64,000 nucleotides of DNA from Flavobacteriia bacterium (GTDB lineage: Bacteria; Bacteroidota; Bacteroidia; Flavobacteriales_D; Crocinitomicaceae), in assembly GCA_947455515.1 (NCBI GenBank), contig CANGOF010000001.1, positions 5,049-69,048 of the forward strand, given 5' to 3'. The position numbers and the translations under genes were made by a program. Within the stretch, counting starts at the first letter, position 1. The number at the start of each line of letters is the position of its first letter. Shown piece after piece: positions 20,365 through 30,011 of the stretch. Under the pieces are notes generated by a model. It did not search any database. It was not told where the DNA came from and saw nothing but the letters and a program-made list of their open reading frames with translations.

Positions 20365-22122
20365 ATGAAAAGACTTTTTGACATCCCTTATTATCAATTA
20401 GAAAAATTTCCAAACACCAAGATGTTTTCTACAAAGACTAATGGAATTTGGACTTCAATTTCAACAAAAGAATTTATTGATTTAGTTGAAAAAACTTCAA
20501 AAGGATTAATTTCTTTAGGAATTAATCCTGGAGATAAAGTTGGAATCATTTCTTCAAATCGATACGAATGGAATGCTTTAGATGTAGCTGCACTTCAAAT
20601 TGGAGCGATTGTCGTACCAATTTACCCAAATATTTCCAGCGAAGATTACAGATACATATTTAACGATTCAAAAATAAAACTATGTGTAGTTGGTGATATA
20701 AATCTATATAATAAAATAAATAATTTAAAATCAGAAATAAGCTCTTTAATTAATTTATTTTGTTTTACTAAAGAAGCATCTGTACCACATTGGTTTGAAA
20801 TTCACAACAAAGCAGATGAAACATCAAACCAAACAATACTTGAAAGAAAATCAGCAATTAATAATTTAGACTTAGCTACAATTATTTACACCTCAGGGAC
20901 TACTGGAAATCCAAAAGGTGTAATGCTCTCTCATAATAATATTCTTTCTAATGTAATGGGTTGTTTAGACCGAATGCCATGTGATGAAAACTCACGTGTG
21001 CTTACATTTCTACCAGTATGCCATGTTTATGAAAGAATGCTACATTATTTATACATGTACATTGGTTGTGCAATTTATTTTGCGGAATCATTGGATACTA
21101 TTGGTGAAAACATCAAAGAGGTTAAGCCACATATGTTCACGGCAGTTCCGCGATTAATAGAAAAAGTATATGAAAAAATTATTTCAAAAGGGGAAGAATT
21201 ACGAGGATTTAAAAGAACATTGTTTTTTTGGGCAGTACAAATTGGAGAACAATACGATGTTGTAAATCGCTCTTTTTTGTACAATGTAAAATTAGCTATA
21301 GCTAGAAAATTAATTTTCTCTAAATGGCAAGAAGCATTAGGTGGAGAAACTAGAGCAATTGTTTCAGGAAGTGCTGCTTTACAACCTAAACTTGCAAGAA
21401 TGTTTTTAGCAGCTGACATTACGATTTTGGAAGGCTATGGATTAACCGAAACCTCTCCGGTTATTGCTGTAAACTGTATTAAAAATGGTATACGAATAGG
21501 TACTGTAGGCACATTAATACATGATGTACAAGTGAAAATTGCAGAAGATGGAGAAATTTTAGTAAAAGGTCCTAATGTTATGATGGGGTATTATAATTTA
21601 CCTGAAAAAACAGCCGAAGAAATTGATAAAGATGGATGGTTTCATACTGGCGATATTGGCACATTTGTTGAAGGTAAATTTTTAAAAATTACAGACCGTA
21701 AAAAAGAAATATTCAAAACTTCTGGAGGGAAGTACATTATTCCTCAAGCAATGGAAAATAAATTTAAAGAATCTCGATTCATAGAACAAATTATTGTTTT
21801 AGGAGAAAATAGAAAATTTCCAGGAGCACTAATAGTGCCTAATTTCAGCTATTTGAAAGAATGGTCTAATAATAAGCAGTTACATTTTGCTTCTATGAGT
21901 AACTCAGAGTTAATTTCTCAGAATGAAATAATAGATAGAATTCAAAAAGAAGTAGATGAAATGAATAAAAACTATGGCGGATTTGAACAAATAAAACGTT
22001 ATACACTACTGGATCATGAATTTTCAGTAGAAGGTGGTGAATTAACACCAACTTTAAAATTGAAAAGAAAAATCATTCTAGAGAAATATACAAACGAAGT
22101 CGAATCAATTTATATTGTTTAA
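20365..22122 (+). CDS. Long-chain fatty-acid--CoA ligase (AMP-dependent synthetase)
   Basis: AMP-binding signature YTSGTTGNPKGVMLSH, plus EGYGLTETSP, GWFHTGDIG and LTPTLKLKR. Confidence 0.88.
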   Translation: MKRLFDIPYYQLEKFPNTKMFSTKTNGIWTSISTKEFIDLVEKTSKGLISLGINPGDKVGIISSNRYEWNALDVAALQIGAIVVPIYPNISSEDYRYIFNDSKIKLCVVGDINLYNKINNLKSEISSLINLFCFTKEASVPHWFEIHNKADETSNQTILERKSAINNLDLATIIYTSGTTGNPKGVMLSHNNILSNVMGCLDRMPCDENSRVLTFLPVCHVYERMLHYLYMYIGCAIYFAESLDTIGENIKEVKPHMFTAVPRLIEKVYEKIISKGEELRGFKRTLFFWAVQIGEQYDVVNRSFLYNVKLAIARKLIFSKWQEALGGETRAIVSGSAALQPKLARMFLAADITILEGYGLTETSPVIAVNCIKNGIRIGTVGTLIHDVQVKIAEDGEILVKGPNVMMGYYNLPEKTAEEIDKDGWFHTGDIGTFVEGKFLKITDRKKEIFKTSGGKYIIPQAMENKFKESRFIEQIIVLGENRKFPGALIVPNFSYLKEWSNNKQLHFASMSNSELISQNEIIDRIQKEVDEMNKNYGGFEQIKRYTLLDHEFSVEGGELTPTLKLKRKIILEKYTNEVESIYIV

Positions 22123-22123
22123 T

Positions 22124-22762
22124 ATGAACGGAGTTGAACTAATATTAAAGCATTTTACTGAACTTACAGAAACACAAAAAAAACAATTTACAGAACTTAA
22201 AGAAGTTTATACTTTTTGGAACGAACAAATCAATGTGATTTCAAGAAAAGATCTAGATCAATTTTATGAAAGACATGTACTACATTCATTAGCAATTGCT
22301 AAAGTGCAATCTTTCAAAGATGGTTCTCGAATTTTAGACATTGGAACTGGCGGAGGATTTCCTGGCGTACCGTTAGCGATATTATTTCCTAATTGTCACT
22401 TTGTTCTTGTAGATTCTATTGGAAAAAAAATTAAAGTTGTCAATGAAGTTTGTGAAGCATTAGGAATAAAAAATATTACAACTCATCATTCAAGAGCAGA
22501 AGAAATTAAAGAACAATTTGATTTTATTGTTAGTAGAGCAGTAACAGCTATGCCTTCATTTTTGAAATGGGTAAAAGGAAAATTCAAACTTGAAAACAAT
22601 AATAAATTAAGAAATGGCATTCTCTACCTGAAAGGAGGTGATTTAAGTGAGGAAATGAAAACAGTGAAACAAAAGGTAAAATACCATGATATTTCGCGTT
22701 TTTTTGACTATGAATTTTTTGAGACCAAAAAAGTAGTGTATTTAGATATGAATAAAAAGTAA
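22124..22762 (+). CDS. rsmG: 16S rRNA (guanine527-N7)-methyltransferase
   Basis: SAM motif ILDIGTGGGFPGVPLAI and GidB-type length. The ATG at 22124 lies just after the upstream TAA (22120-22122). The track start at 22115 is a TTG overlapping it. Confidence 0.9.
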   Translation: MNGVELILKHFTELTETQKKQFTELKEVYTFWNEQINVISRKDLDQFYERHVLHSLAIAKVQSFKDGSRILDIGTGGGFPGVPLAILFPNCHFVLVDSIGKKIKVVNEVCEALGIKNITTHHSRAEEIKEQFDFIVSRAVTAMPSFLKWVKGKFKLENNNKLRNGILYLKGGDLSEEMKTVKQKVKYHDISRFFDYEFFETKKVVYLDMNKK

Positions 22763-22796
22763 AAACATCTGTTTTTATTTTTTATTCATAGAAAGT

Positions 22797-23333
22797 TTAG
22801 AGCTTGTATTTTTTAAAAAAAACATCCCAATCCCAAATAAAATTACTCATAACATCATCCATTCTTTTCAAAAACAATGGATTTGGAGCTTGCATGCGTT
22901 TGAAATACTCTTCTTGAAAATCATTCAAATTATATTTATGGAAAATCGCTTTTGACATTCCGTACAACATATTTTTTGATGGGTGATTTACACGTGAAAT
23001 AAAATTTTTATAATCCTTAATCAAATTAGAGAATTGAGTCTCACTCATTGAAAAAATAGTCGCAAATTTCTGATAAATTAATTGTTCAACTCTAAACGCT
23101 TGATCAGAATCAAAACTTGACTCTAAGGTAACAATATTACCAACTATCACAATTAAAGTAAATTCAGTATGTGATTCAGGAGAAATATTAGGTGAAGATT
23201 CAAATGCTGGATCTTCGTTAATCAATAAAGCAACATCTTTAAAACCATTTTCAATAACATCCAACAGTCCATTTACAAAAATGTTAGCTAGCTGATTATC
23301 TGTTAATTTACGTTTCAAAAATGATCGTATCAT
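22797..23333 (-). CDS. Hypothetical protein
   Basis: 178-aa ORF with no competing frame. No signal peptide and no motif I recognise. Confidence 0.4.
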   Translation of the reverse strand: MIRSFLKRKLTDNQLANIFVNGLLDVIENGFKDVALLINEDPAFESSPNISPESHTEFTLIVIVGNIVTLESSFDSDQAFRVEQLIYQKFATIFSMSETQFSNLIKDYKNFISRVNHPSKNMLYGMSKAIFHKYNLNDFQEEYFKRMQAPNPLFLKRMDDVMSNFIWDWDVFFKKYKL

Positions 23334-23578
23334 CCTTTAATTCTTATCGTTAAAAACTAATAAAAGCAAAGTTACATTAAAAAAAGGGATGTATTCATTC
23401 TTGAACTGCCGAATAATCAACAAGTTATCAACAAGTGTAAATCTCTAAAAAACAACATATTACAATTCAATCATTCCATTAATATTTACAATAATTAGAT
23501 TCAAATTTTAAGACAAAAAATCAAACATGTTAAATAGATAACTAAAAAAAAGTATCTTTAACTAAGCTTATAATTTTT

Positions 23579-24577
23579 GTGAAAAAAATACTTCTATTAC
23601 TATTCTTCTTAAGTTACTTGTCTATCTATCAGGCGCAAGATGTTCATTGGTCTCAAATAAATGAAAATGAACTTTATCAAAACCCAGCTAATACAGGTGA
23701 TTTCCATGGTGATTTTCGAGCATCAGTAAGCACCAAAGATCAATGGAGAAATGTGACAAAGCCTTATCAAACTCAAGCAGTAACTTTTGACATTATCAAT
23801 AAATATGATAGAAAATTAGGTTACGGAGGTTTATTTCTTCATGATGTTACCGGAGATGGTATATTTAGAACAATTGAAATGAAATTAACTCCTGCATATA
23901 CCCTATATCAAAATACAATAAAAAAACAAAAAATTAGGATAGGTATTGATTTAGATTATAAATACAATCAAATGAACTTCTCCAACTACACATTTGATAA
24001 TCAATTCAATGGATTAATATATTCATCGATATTGCCTTCCAATGAAAATTTTACCACCCAACAAAAGTCATTATTTTCAATTGGTACTGGAATAACTTTC
24101 ACTAAAGAAGTTAGCGTTAAATTCCATCTAAAAACTGGTTTAGCAGTTTTTAATATTAATCAAGCAGATCAAGGGTTTTACAACATAAAAACACCTAGAT
24201 TAAGACGGTCACACTTCTTTGTTCAATCCACCTATATTATTTCTCCTAAAATAACACTAATTCCAAGTTTCAATCTTCAATTACAAGGAACCTACTCAGA
24301 AATTATCCTTGGTAGTAAATGCCAATTTAAATCAATCAATTTTTTACCATCTTATCTTTTAATCGGAGGAATCTATTTTAGAAACAAAGACGCAATATTT
24401 ACCCAGATTGGTCTTAAAATAAATAAAATTACTACCACAATAAATTATGACATCAATGTTTCAAAACTTGCAAAAGCTAGTAATGGTCGTGGCGGTCTTG
24501 AAATTAATTGTCAATACATCTGGACAAGAAAAGAAGCAAAAAATTTAATGCATAAAAAATGTTTAGATTACCTATAG
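23579..24577 (+). CDS. PorP/SprF-family type IX secretion system membrane protein
   Basis: Signal peptide, then the family N-terminal signature QDVHWSQINENELYQNPANTG (D.hfSQy....lNPA..G). Beta-barrel-like remainder. GTG start in the track. Confidence 0.8.
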   Translation: MKKILLLLFFLSYLSIYQAQDVHWSQINENELYQNPANTGDFHGDFRASVSTKDQWRNVTKPYQTQAVTFDIINKYDRKLGYGGLFLHDVTGDGIFRTIEMKLTPAYTLYQNTIKKQKIRIGIDLDYKYNQMNFSNYTFDNQFNGLIYSSILPSNENFTTQQKSLFSIGTGITFTKEVSVKFHLKTGLAVFNINQADQGFYNIKTPRLRRSHFFVQSTYIISPKITLIPSFNLQLQGTYSEIILGSKCQFKSINFLPSYLLIGGIYFRNKDAIFTQIGLKINKITTTINYDINVSKLAKASNGRGGLEINCQYIWTRKEAKNLMHKKCLDYL

Positions 24578-26523
24578 TAATATTGAGTCTATGCCTTTCA
24601 ACGTTTTGTTGGGGACAATCTTCGATTAGAGAATTGAAGTTTAAAGCTCAATCAAATAAAGAGCAAGGAGATTATTTAGAAGCATCTTTATACTTTGATT
24701 CTATTTTACAGCGCGACAGTTCAATTCTAGACGTATTGAACGACTATTCCGATGTACTGATACAATCTAAAAATTTTTATAAAGCAAAAATAATTATCGA
24801 AAAGCTAACATTGTTAGATAACAAACATAAAACAGAACCAAATTCAAGTTTAAAATTAGGTTTAATTTATAAACAATTAGGAGACTATGAAAAAGCTATC
24901 AATACATTCAGTAACATCATTTCTAACAAGATAAAAGTAGATTTTCCGAGTATTTATAATAAAGCAAATAGAGAAGTAGAATCTTGTAACTGGGCGATTG
25001 AAAATCTGAAAGACACTCTAAAATATACACTTAATAAAATTCATGGAATTGCAAGTAAGGATTCCGAATTTGGTCATTCAGTGATAGGATCTCAATTAAT
25101 TATTAGCTCATTAAAATGTGCGAACTGCGATACAATTAATGGATTTTTAAGTGAAAACTATACAAACAAATTATATGCTGTCAATAAAAATACTGGGAAA
25201 AACTTAAAAGAAATTAAAAGTTTAAATTCAACAGTTAAACATTCTGCTAATGGTTCATTCAATCATGATAAAACAAAATTTTATTATTCTAGTTGTTCGA
25301 CGAAAACTAACAAGTGCAAAATTTTAGTAAGCAACTATAAAAAAGGAGTATGGTCAATTCCTGACACTTTATTTGGTGAAATAAACAGTTCTGAAGCTAC
25401 CTATACTATGCCAGCAACAGGAAAGATAAATAATACTGAATATCTTTTTTTCTGTTCTGATAATAAAAATAGTTTGGGTGGTTTAGATGTTTTTTACGGA
25501 CAAATAAGCGATAAATTAATTGATCAAGTCAAGCCTATTACCTATATCAACACAGTAGAAGATGAAATAAGTCCATTTTTTGATGACAGTAGCTCAACTC
25601 TTTATTTTTCATCGTCTTGGCACAATGGATATGGTGGTTTTGATTTGTTTAAAACGCAATTTCAACAGGATATAGAAAATGAAATATTAAATTTAGGAAT
25701 TCCTTTTAATAGTTCAAATAATGACACTTATTTAATAAAAGATTCCTCAATTTTTTTTGTAACGAGTAATCGAAATCATAACTCTATTAATAAATCATGC
25801 TGTAGTGATATTTACGTATTTAAACCAATTATTCAAAAAAATATTGATACTATTTCTATGGTTACAAAAATAGATTCATCAAATCAATTAATTGTACAAT
25901 TAGGTATATCAAACCATCTTAAAAACATTTCAACACTTGAGCAACTTATTCCTGTTTCCCTATATTTTCATAACGATATGCCAAACCCTAATACACTTGA
26001 CAGTGTTACACACGTGAATTATTTGGAAACATACATTGATTATAACAAACTACTTCCTCTTTATCAATTTAAATACTCGCAAGGAACAACTGGAAATCAA
26101 AACGAATTATCAAAAAAAGAAATTACCAGTTTTTTTACTAATGAATTGCAAAATGGGAAAAAAGAGTTAGATGACTTTTTAGAAATTTTAGAAGTAGAAT
26201 TAAAAAATGGGGCATCCTTTGATTTAATTTTCAAGGGTTTTGCAAGTCCACTTTCTCTAAGTTACTATAATAAAATACTAAGTAAACGAAGAATTAGTTC
26301 TGTAAGAAATTATATCGGTTTCTATAAAAATGGTGCGTTATTAAAATATATGATTGCTGAAAATGACAAAGATGCTCGGCTTCAAGTTAAAGAAGAACCA
26401 TTTGGCGAATATAAAACAGATAAAAATGTGAGTGATAATCCAAATGATACAAAAAACTCTATATATTCAAAAAAAGCAGCATTAGAAAGAAAAGTAGAAA
26501 TAATTGGATTCAAAATTCGATAA
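24559..26523 (+). CDS. TPR / PD40 (TolB-like beta-propeller) / OmpA-like domain protein
   Basis: Signal peptide, TPR region (GDYLEASLYFDS, GDYEKAINTF) and PD40-type repeats ending GGLDVFYG and GGFDLFK. Divergent C-terminal OmpA-like motif GFASPLSLSYYNKILSKRRISSVRNYI...ERKVEI. 19-nt overlap with the PorP/SprF gene. Confidence 0.7.
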   Translation: MFRLPIVILSLCLSTFCWGQSSIRELKFKAQSNKEQGDYLEASLYFDSILQRDSSILDVLNDYSDVLIQSKNFYKAKIIIEKLTLLDNKHKTEPNSSLKLGLIYKQLGDYEKAINTFSNIISNKIKVDFPSIYNKANREVESCNWAIENLKDTLKYTLNKIHGIASKDSEFGHSVIGSQLIISSLKCANCDTINGFLSENYTNKLYAVNKNTGKNLKEIKSLNSTVKHSANGSFNHDKTKFYYSSCSTKTNKCKILVSNYKKGVWSIPDTLFGEINSSEATYTMPATGKINNTEYLFFCSDNKNSLGGLDVFYGQISDKLIDQVKPITYINTVEDEISPFFDDSSSTLYFSSSWHNGYGGFDLFKTQFQQDIENEILNLGIPFNSSNNDTYLIKDSSIFFVTSNRNHNSINKSCCSDIYVFKPIIQKNIDTISMVTKIDSSNQLIVQLGISNHLKNISTLEQLIPVSLYFHNDMPNPNTLDSVTHVNYLETYIDYNKLLPLYQFKYSQGTTGNQNELSKKEITSFFTNELQNGKKELDDFLEILEVELKNGASFDLIFKGFASPLSLSYYNKILSKRRISSVRNYIGFYKNGALLKYMIAENDKDARLQVKEEPFGEYKTDKNVSDNPNDTKNSIYSKKAALERKVEIIGFKIR

Positions 26524-26551
26524 TTTACCAACTTTATTTATATTTAGATTT

Positions 26552-27964
26552 ATGGAAAAACCAAAAAGAATTTTATTTCTTGATTTAATGCGTGTCCTTG
26601 CATTATTTATGATGATACAAGGACACACCACCTATGACTTTCTTGACCTTTCAATTAGAGACGGGCATAGTTCAGGTATAAAGGTATGGACAATGTTACG
26701 TGGATACACAGCGCCATTTTTTATGATGGTTTCAGGTGCTGTATTTACATTTTTAATGTTATCACAAGAACAAGAAGATGGTTCTAACCCGAGAGTGAAA
26801 GCTGGAATAAATCGAATATTCACTTTATTGTTTTGGGGTTATTTATTAAATTTTCCAATTTATGAAATTGGACAAATATTTACAGCTGACGGATTAAATC
26901 ACTTTTTAAATGTCGGTATAGGAGAAACATTTATTACAATTTTATGGATTTCTATTTGTATATATATCTATAAATTAATCACTAATAAAGAAAAAGTATA
27001 TCAAGATAATGTAATAAAAAATCTATTTAGAGAAGGTGCATTAAAACACATCCGTTTTCGGGAAGCATTATTTAATAAAAAATACTTTGAAGAGGAAGAT
27101 AAAAAACGTAGACTATTCACCTCTGTATTTTGGGGAGTAATCATAAGTATACCATTTTTAATAATATCAAACGTTTTAACATTAGAAGAAAAACAAAGAG
27201 CACTTCGTGTAGATGTACTACATATAATCGCTTTAGGTTTGCTTATAATTATGTTTGTGTATTTTGTATCACATCATAAAAAATGGATAATGACAACTAT
27301 ATATTTTATTTTGATGTTAATTATAATTTCTTCTTTTCCATTATTGAATAATGTAGACTTATCACATCTACCGATATTTGTAGCTCCCTATCTAAATGAT
27401 TTTGAAACAAAATCCATGTTTCCTTTAACACCTTGGTTGGCATATATATTTGCAGGTGCATTATTAGGCTTGTGGTTAAATCACGAAATTAAAAAACCTA
27501 ACTTTGAAAAAATTATTGGTATTAAATTAGCATTCGTTGGTTTAGGATTTATTACATTATCCGAAATTGGAAACCATTTTGAAATGTATTACTACGGTAA
27601 AAGTTATTTTTGGCACGATAGCCCTAACTTAATTTACCATCGAATCGGTGTAGTCATAAGTGTTGGATCGGTTATGGCATTTCTCAGTTTACTTATAACT
27701 GACCTACCTAAATTTATGAAACAAATGAGTAGAAATACACTTTGGTTGTATGTTGGGCATTTAATAATAATCTACCAATTTGTAAAGCCAATCATTGGTT
27801 ATAAAACACGTTTTAGTGTTCCAACAACAATGATATGCATATTTCTTATGTTTGTATTAATGTACCTACAAACACGTGTGATACTTTATGTCCAAAAGAA
27901 TAATGGATATAGAGAGACAGTTAAGAAATTGATGAGTATAAAATCGAAAAGCAAAATTGAATAA
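26552..27964 (+). CDS. DUF1624/acyltransferase-3-like polytopic membrane protein
   Basis: The N-terminus KRILFLDLMRVLALFMMIQGHT is typical of heparan-alpha-glucosaminide N-acetyltransferase-like/OpgC-like acyltransferases, and there are many TM helices. The ATG at 26552 follows the upstream stop. Confidence 0.55.
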   Translation: MEKPKRILFLDLMRVLALFMMIQGHTTYDFLDLSIRDGHSSGIKVWTMLRGYTAPFFMMVSGAVFTFLMLSQEQEDGSNPRVKAGINRIFTLLFWGYLLNFPIYEIGQIFTADGLNHFLNVGIGETFITILWISICIYIYKLITNKEKVYQDNVIKNLFREGALKHIRFREALFNKKYFEEEDKKRRLFTSVFWGVIISIPFLIISNVLTLEEKQRALRVDVLHIIALGLLIIMFVYFVSHHKKWIMTTIYFILMLIIISSFPLLNNVDLSHLPIFVAPYLNDFETKSMFPLTPWLAYIFAGALLGLWLNHEIKKPNFEKIIGIKLAFVGLGFITLSEIGNHFEMYYYGKSYFWHDSPNLIYHRIGVVISVGSVMAFLSLLITDLPKFMKQMSRNTLWLYVGHLIIIYQFVKPIIGYKTRFSVPTTMICIFLMFVLMYLQTRVILYVQKNNGYRETVKKLMSIKSKSKIE

Positions 27965-27970
27965 ACGCTA

Positions 27971-28360
27971 CTAAGCATTTTGTATTGTAAAAGCTATTTC
28001 AGCTAATTCATTTGAAGTAATTGATAATTTAGGTGAGCTAAAATTCATATCTGCTATAGAATTAATTGGTACCAAATGAATATGAGCATGCGGAACTTCT
28101 AAACCGATTACTGTTATTCCAATTTTTTTACACGGAAAAACCTTTTTTATTTTATGTGCAACCTCTTTACTGAATACCATCATTTTCCCTAACAGATCAT
28201 CTTCAATATCAAATATATAATCAATTTCTAACTTAGGAATAACCAACACATGTCCTTTGGTTAAAGGTTGAATGTCTAAAAATGCCAAAAAATCATCATT
28301 TTCAGCAACTTTATAGCAAGGAATTTCCCCTAAAACAATTCTTGAAAATAAAGTCGCCAT
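27971..28360 (-). CDS. HIT-family (histidine triad) nucleotide hydrolase
   Basis: 129 aa. IPCYKVAENDDFLAFLDIQPLTKGHVLVIPK and histidine triad HAHIHLVP. Confidence 0.88.
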   Translation of the reverse strand: MATLFSRIVLGEIPCYKVAENDDFLAFLDIQPLTKGHVLVIPKLEIDYIFDIEDDLLGKMMVFSKEVAHKIKKVFPCKKIGITVIGLEVPHAHIHLVPINSIADMNFSSPKLSITSNELAEIAFTIQNA

Positions 28361-28833
28361 TATCTTGAGATCTCCATTATTTCAAACTGAATAATACCAT
28401 TGGGAGTAGTAACATCAGCCAATTCACCAAGTTTTTTACCTAAAAGACCTTTTCCAATTGGCGAGTCAATAGATATCTTTTTAGCTTTCAAATCCGCCTC
28501 GTTTTCAGCAACAATCGTATACTCCATTTCCATACCGTTAGAAACATTTTTAATTCTAACTTTCGTTAATATAAAAACTTTTGAAGTATCAATAGTAGAT
28601 TCATCTATCACACGAGCATTAGCAAGAATTCCTTCCATTTTAGAAATTTTCATTTCTAATAAACCCTGTGCTTCTTTAGCTGCATCATATTCAGCATTTT
28701 CAGATAAATCACCCTTGTCTCTAGCTTCAGCAATCTGATCTGAAATTGCAGGTCGCATTACAGTTTTCATTTCGTGTAATTCATCACGTAATTTTTTTAA
28801 TCCTTCTTCTGTGTAATAAGTAACTTGTGACAT
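28360..28833 (-). CDS. greA: Transcription elongation factor GreA
   Basis: 157 aa. Coiled-coil N-terminus with DLSENAEYDAAKE and a C-terminal ISIDSPIGKGLLGKK motif. Confidence 0.93.
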   Translation of the reverse strand: MSQVTYYTEEGLKKLRDELHEMKTVMRPAISDQIAEARDKGDLSENAEYDAAKEAQGLLEMKISKMEGILANARVIDESTIDTSKVFILTKVRIKNVSNGMEMEYTIVAENEADLKAKKISIDSPIGKGLLGKKLGELADVTTPNGIIQFEIMEISR

Positions 28834-28848
28834 ATTCCTTGCTTATAT

Positions 28849-28877
28849 AAAAAAAGTAGAGAGCCAATAGACTCTCT
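28849..28877 (-). terminator. Rho-independent terminator closing the TBDR-like / 1409-aa / PorV-like operon
   Basis: Minus-strand hairpin AGAGAGTC-TATT-GGCTCTCT (8 bp including one G-U), followed by AC and a 7-U tract. It sits 24 nt after the PorV-like stop. Confidence 0.65.
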
Positions 28878-28900
28878 TCAAATAAATAAATTAATCGTAA

Positions 28901-29992
28901 CTATTTTAAACTAATTGTAACCCCAAAAGTATGAATTGCTCCAAATGGGTTTGACATACGAACAGCATATTCTAAACCTATTGCCGATTCCTTTTTAACC
29001 CCTTCGGCTGTAGTTTTACGAGAAATTAAATCAATAGACATACCGGCTGTAAGTCCTGTCAATGCATTTGTTCTATTTGATGAACTTAATAGATTCTTTT
29101 CATAAACATATCCAGCTCTTAAATTAAATGCAGCAATTCCAGTATTAAATAAATAATCTAAACCCAAGCGGTATTGATCATTAGAAAATGAATTAGCAGT
29201 AAAAGCAAAAGCAGCAGTAAATTTATTGTCAGAAACAGTATCGTTGATAATATCATAGGAAACTCCCATGGACATCATTGATGGCAATTCATATTTTTGA
29301 GAACGTTGATCCGTCGTAATGGCATTCCCCGTTTTAGTTACGGTAACCTGAGTTCCTAAACCATCACCATTCATAGACAGTGGGGAACCAATGTTTTTCA
29401 ATGTGATACCCATTTTCATACGATCTAATTTACCTGTAACATATTTTATACCAGCATCGACAGCTACGCCACTAGATCCAAGGTTTGAAACTGATTCTGA
29501 CAAAACCTTTATATTAATACCTCCTGAAATAGATGGTATAAAAGATTTTGCATAACCTAAATTTATAACTGTCATGTTAGGTGAAAAAGTTCCGATTCCA
29601 CCTTCGGGATTATCAACAGTAGTATACATAACTTTACCGAAAGTCATCGCTTGAACACTCATTGCTATTACGCTAGTTGAACTAATTCTTTGAGCAAAAC
29701 CAGCACTTGAAAAAGGAACACTTGCACTACCTAACCAATTTGTAAAATTAAATTTTAACTGTGTTTTTCCTGTTTGTGCTAATCCAGCAATGTTGGTAAA
29801 AGTAGCTTCTAAACCAGAAGAGCTTGCAACATTTGCATCACCTAAAGCCGCAGAACGACACCAAGGATTAATCAACAACTCAGATGCACCAGCGGAACCG
29901 GCACGATCTTCATTCCCAGCAAATAAAGTAGCTGAAAGAGAGAACAAAACAGAAAACAATCCTATTTTATTAACGTAAACTAAATTTTTCAT
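28901..29992 (-). CDS. PorV/PorQ-family outer-membrane beta-barrel protein
   Basis: Signal peptide. N-terminal GSAGASELLINPWCRSAALGDANVASSSGLEATFTNIAGLA follows the PorV/PorQ pattern (..fL.i...aRaaamGdA.vA.s.....f.NPAgla). The rest shows alternating barrel-strand character and ends in ..ISLK. Confidence 0.6.
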   Translation of the reverse strand: MKNLVYVNKIGLFSVLFSLSATLFAGNEDRAGSAGASELLINPWCRSAALGDANVASSSGLEATFTNIAGLAQTGKTQLKFNFTNWLGSASVPFSSAGFAQRISSTSVIAMSVQAMTFGKVMYTTVDNPEGGIGTFSPNMTVINLGYAKSFIPSISGGINIKVLSESVSNLGSSGVAVDAGIKYVTGKLDRMKMGITLKNIGSPLSMNGDGLGTQVTVTKTGNAITTDQRSQKYELPSMMSMGVSYDIINDTVSDNKFTAAFAFTANSFSNDQYRLGLDYLFNTGIAAFNLRAGYVYEKNLLSSSNRTNALTGLTAGMSIDLISRKTTAEGVKKESAIGLEYAVRMSNPFGAIHTFGVTISLK

Positions 29993-30011
29993 AATAATCT
30001 TAATTAAACTA

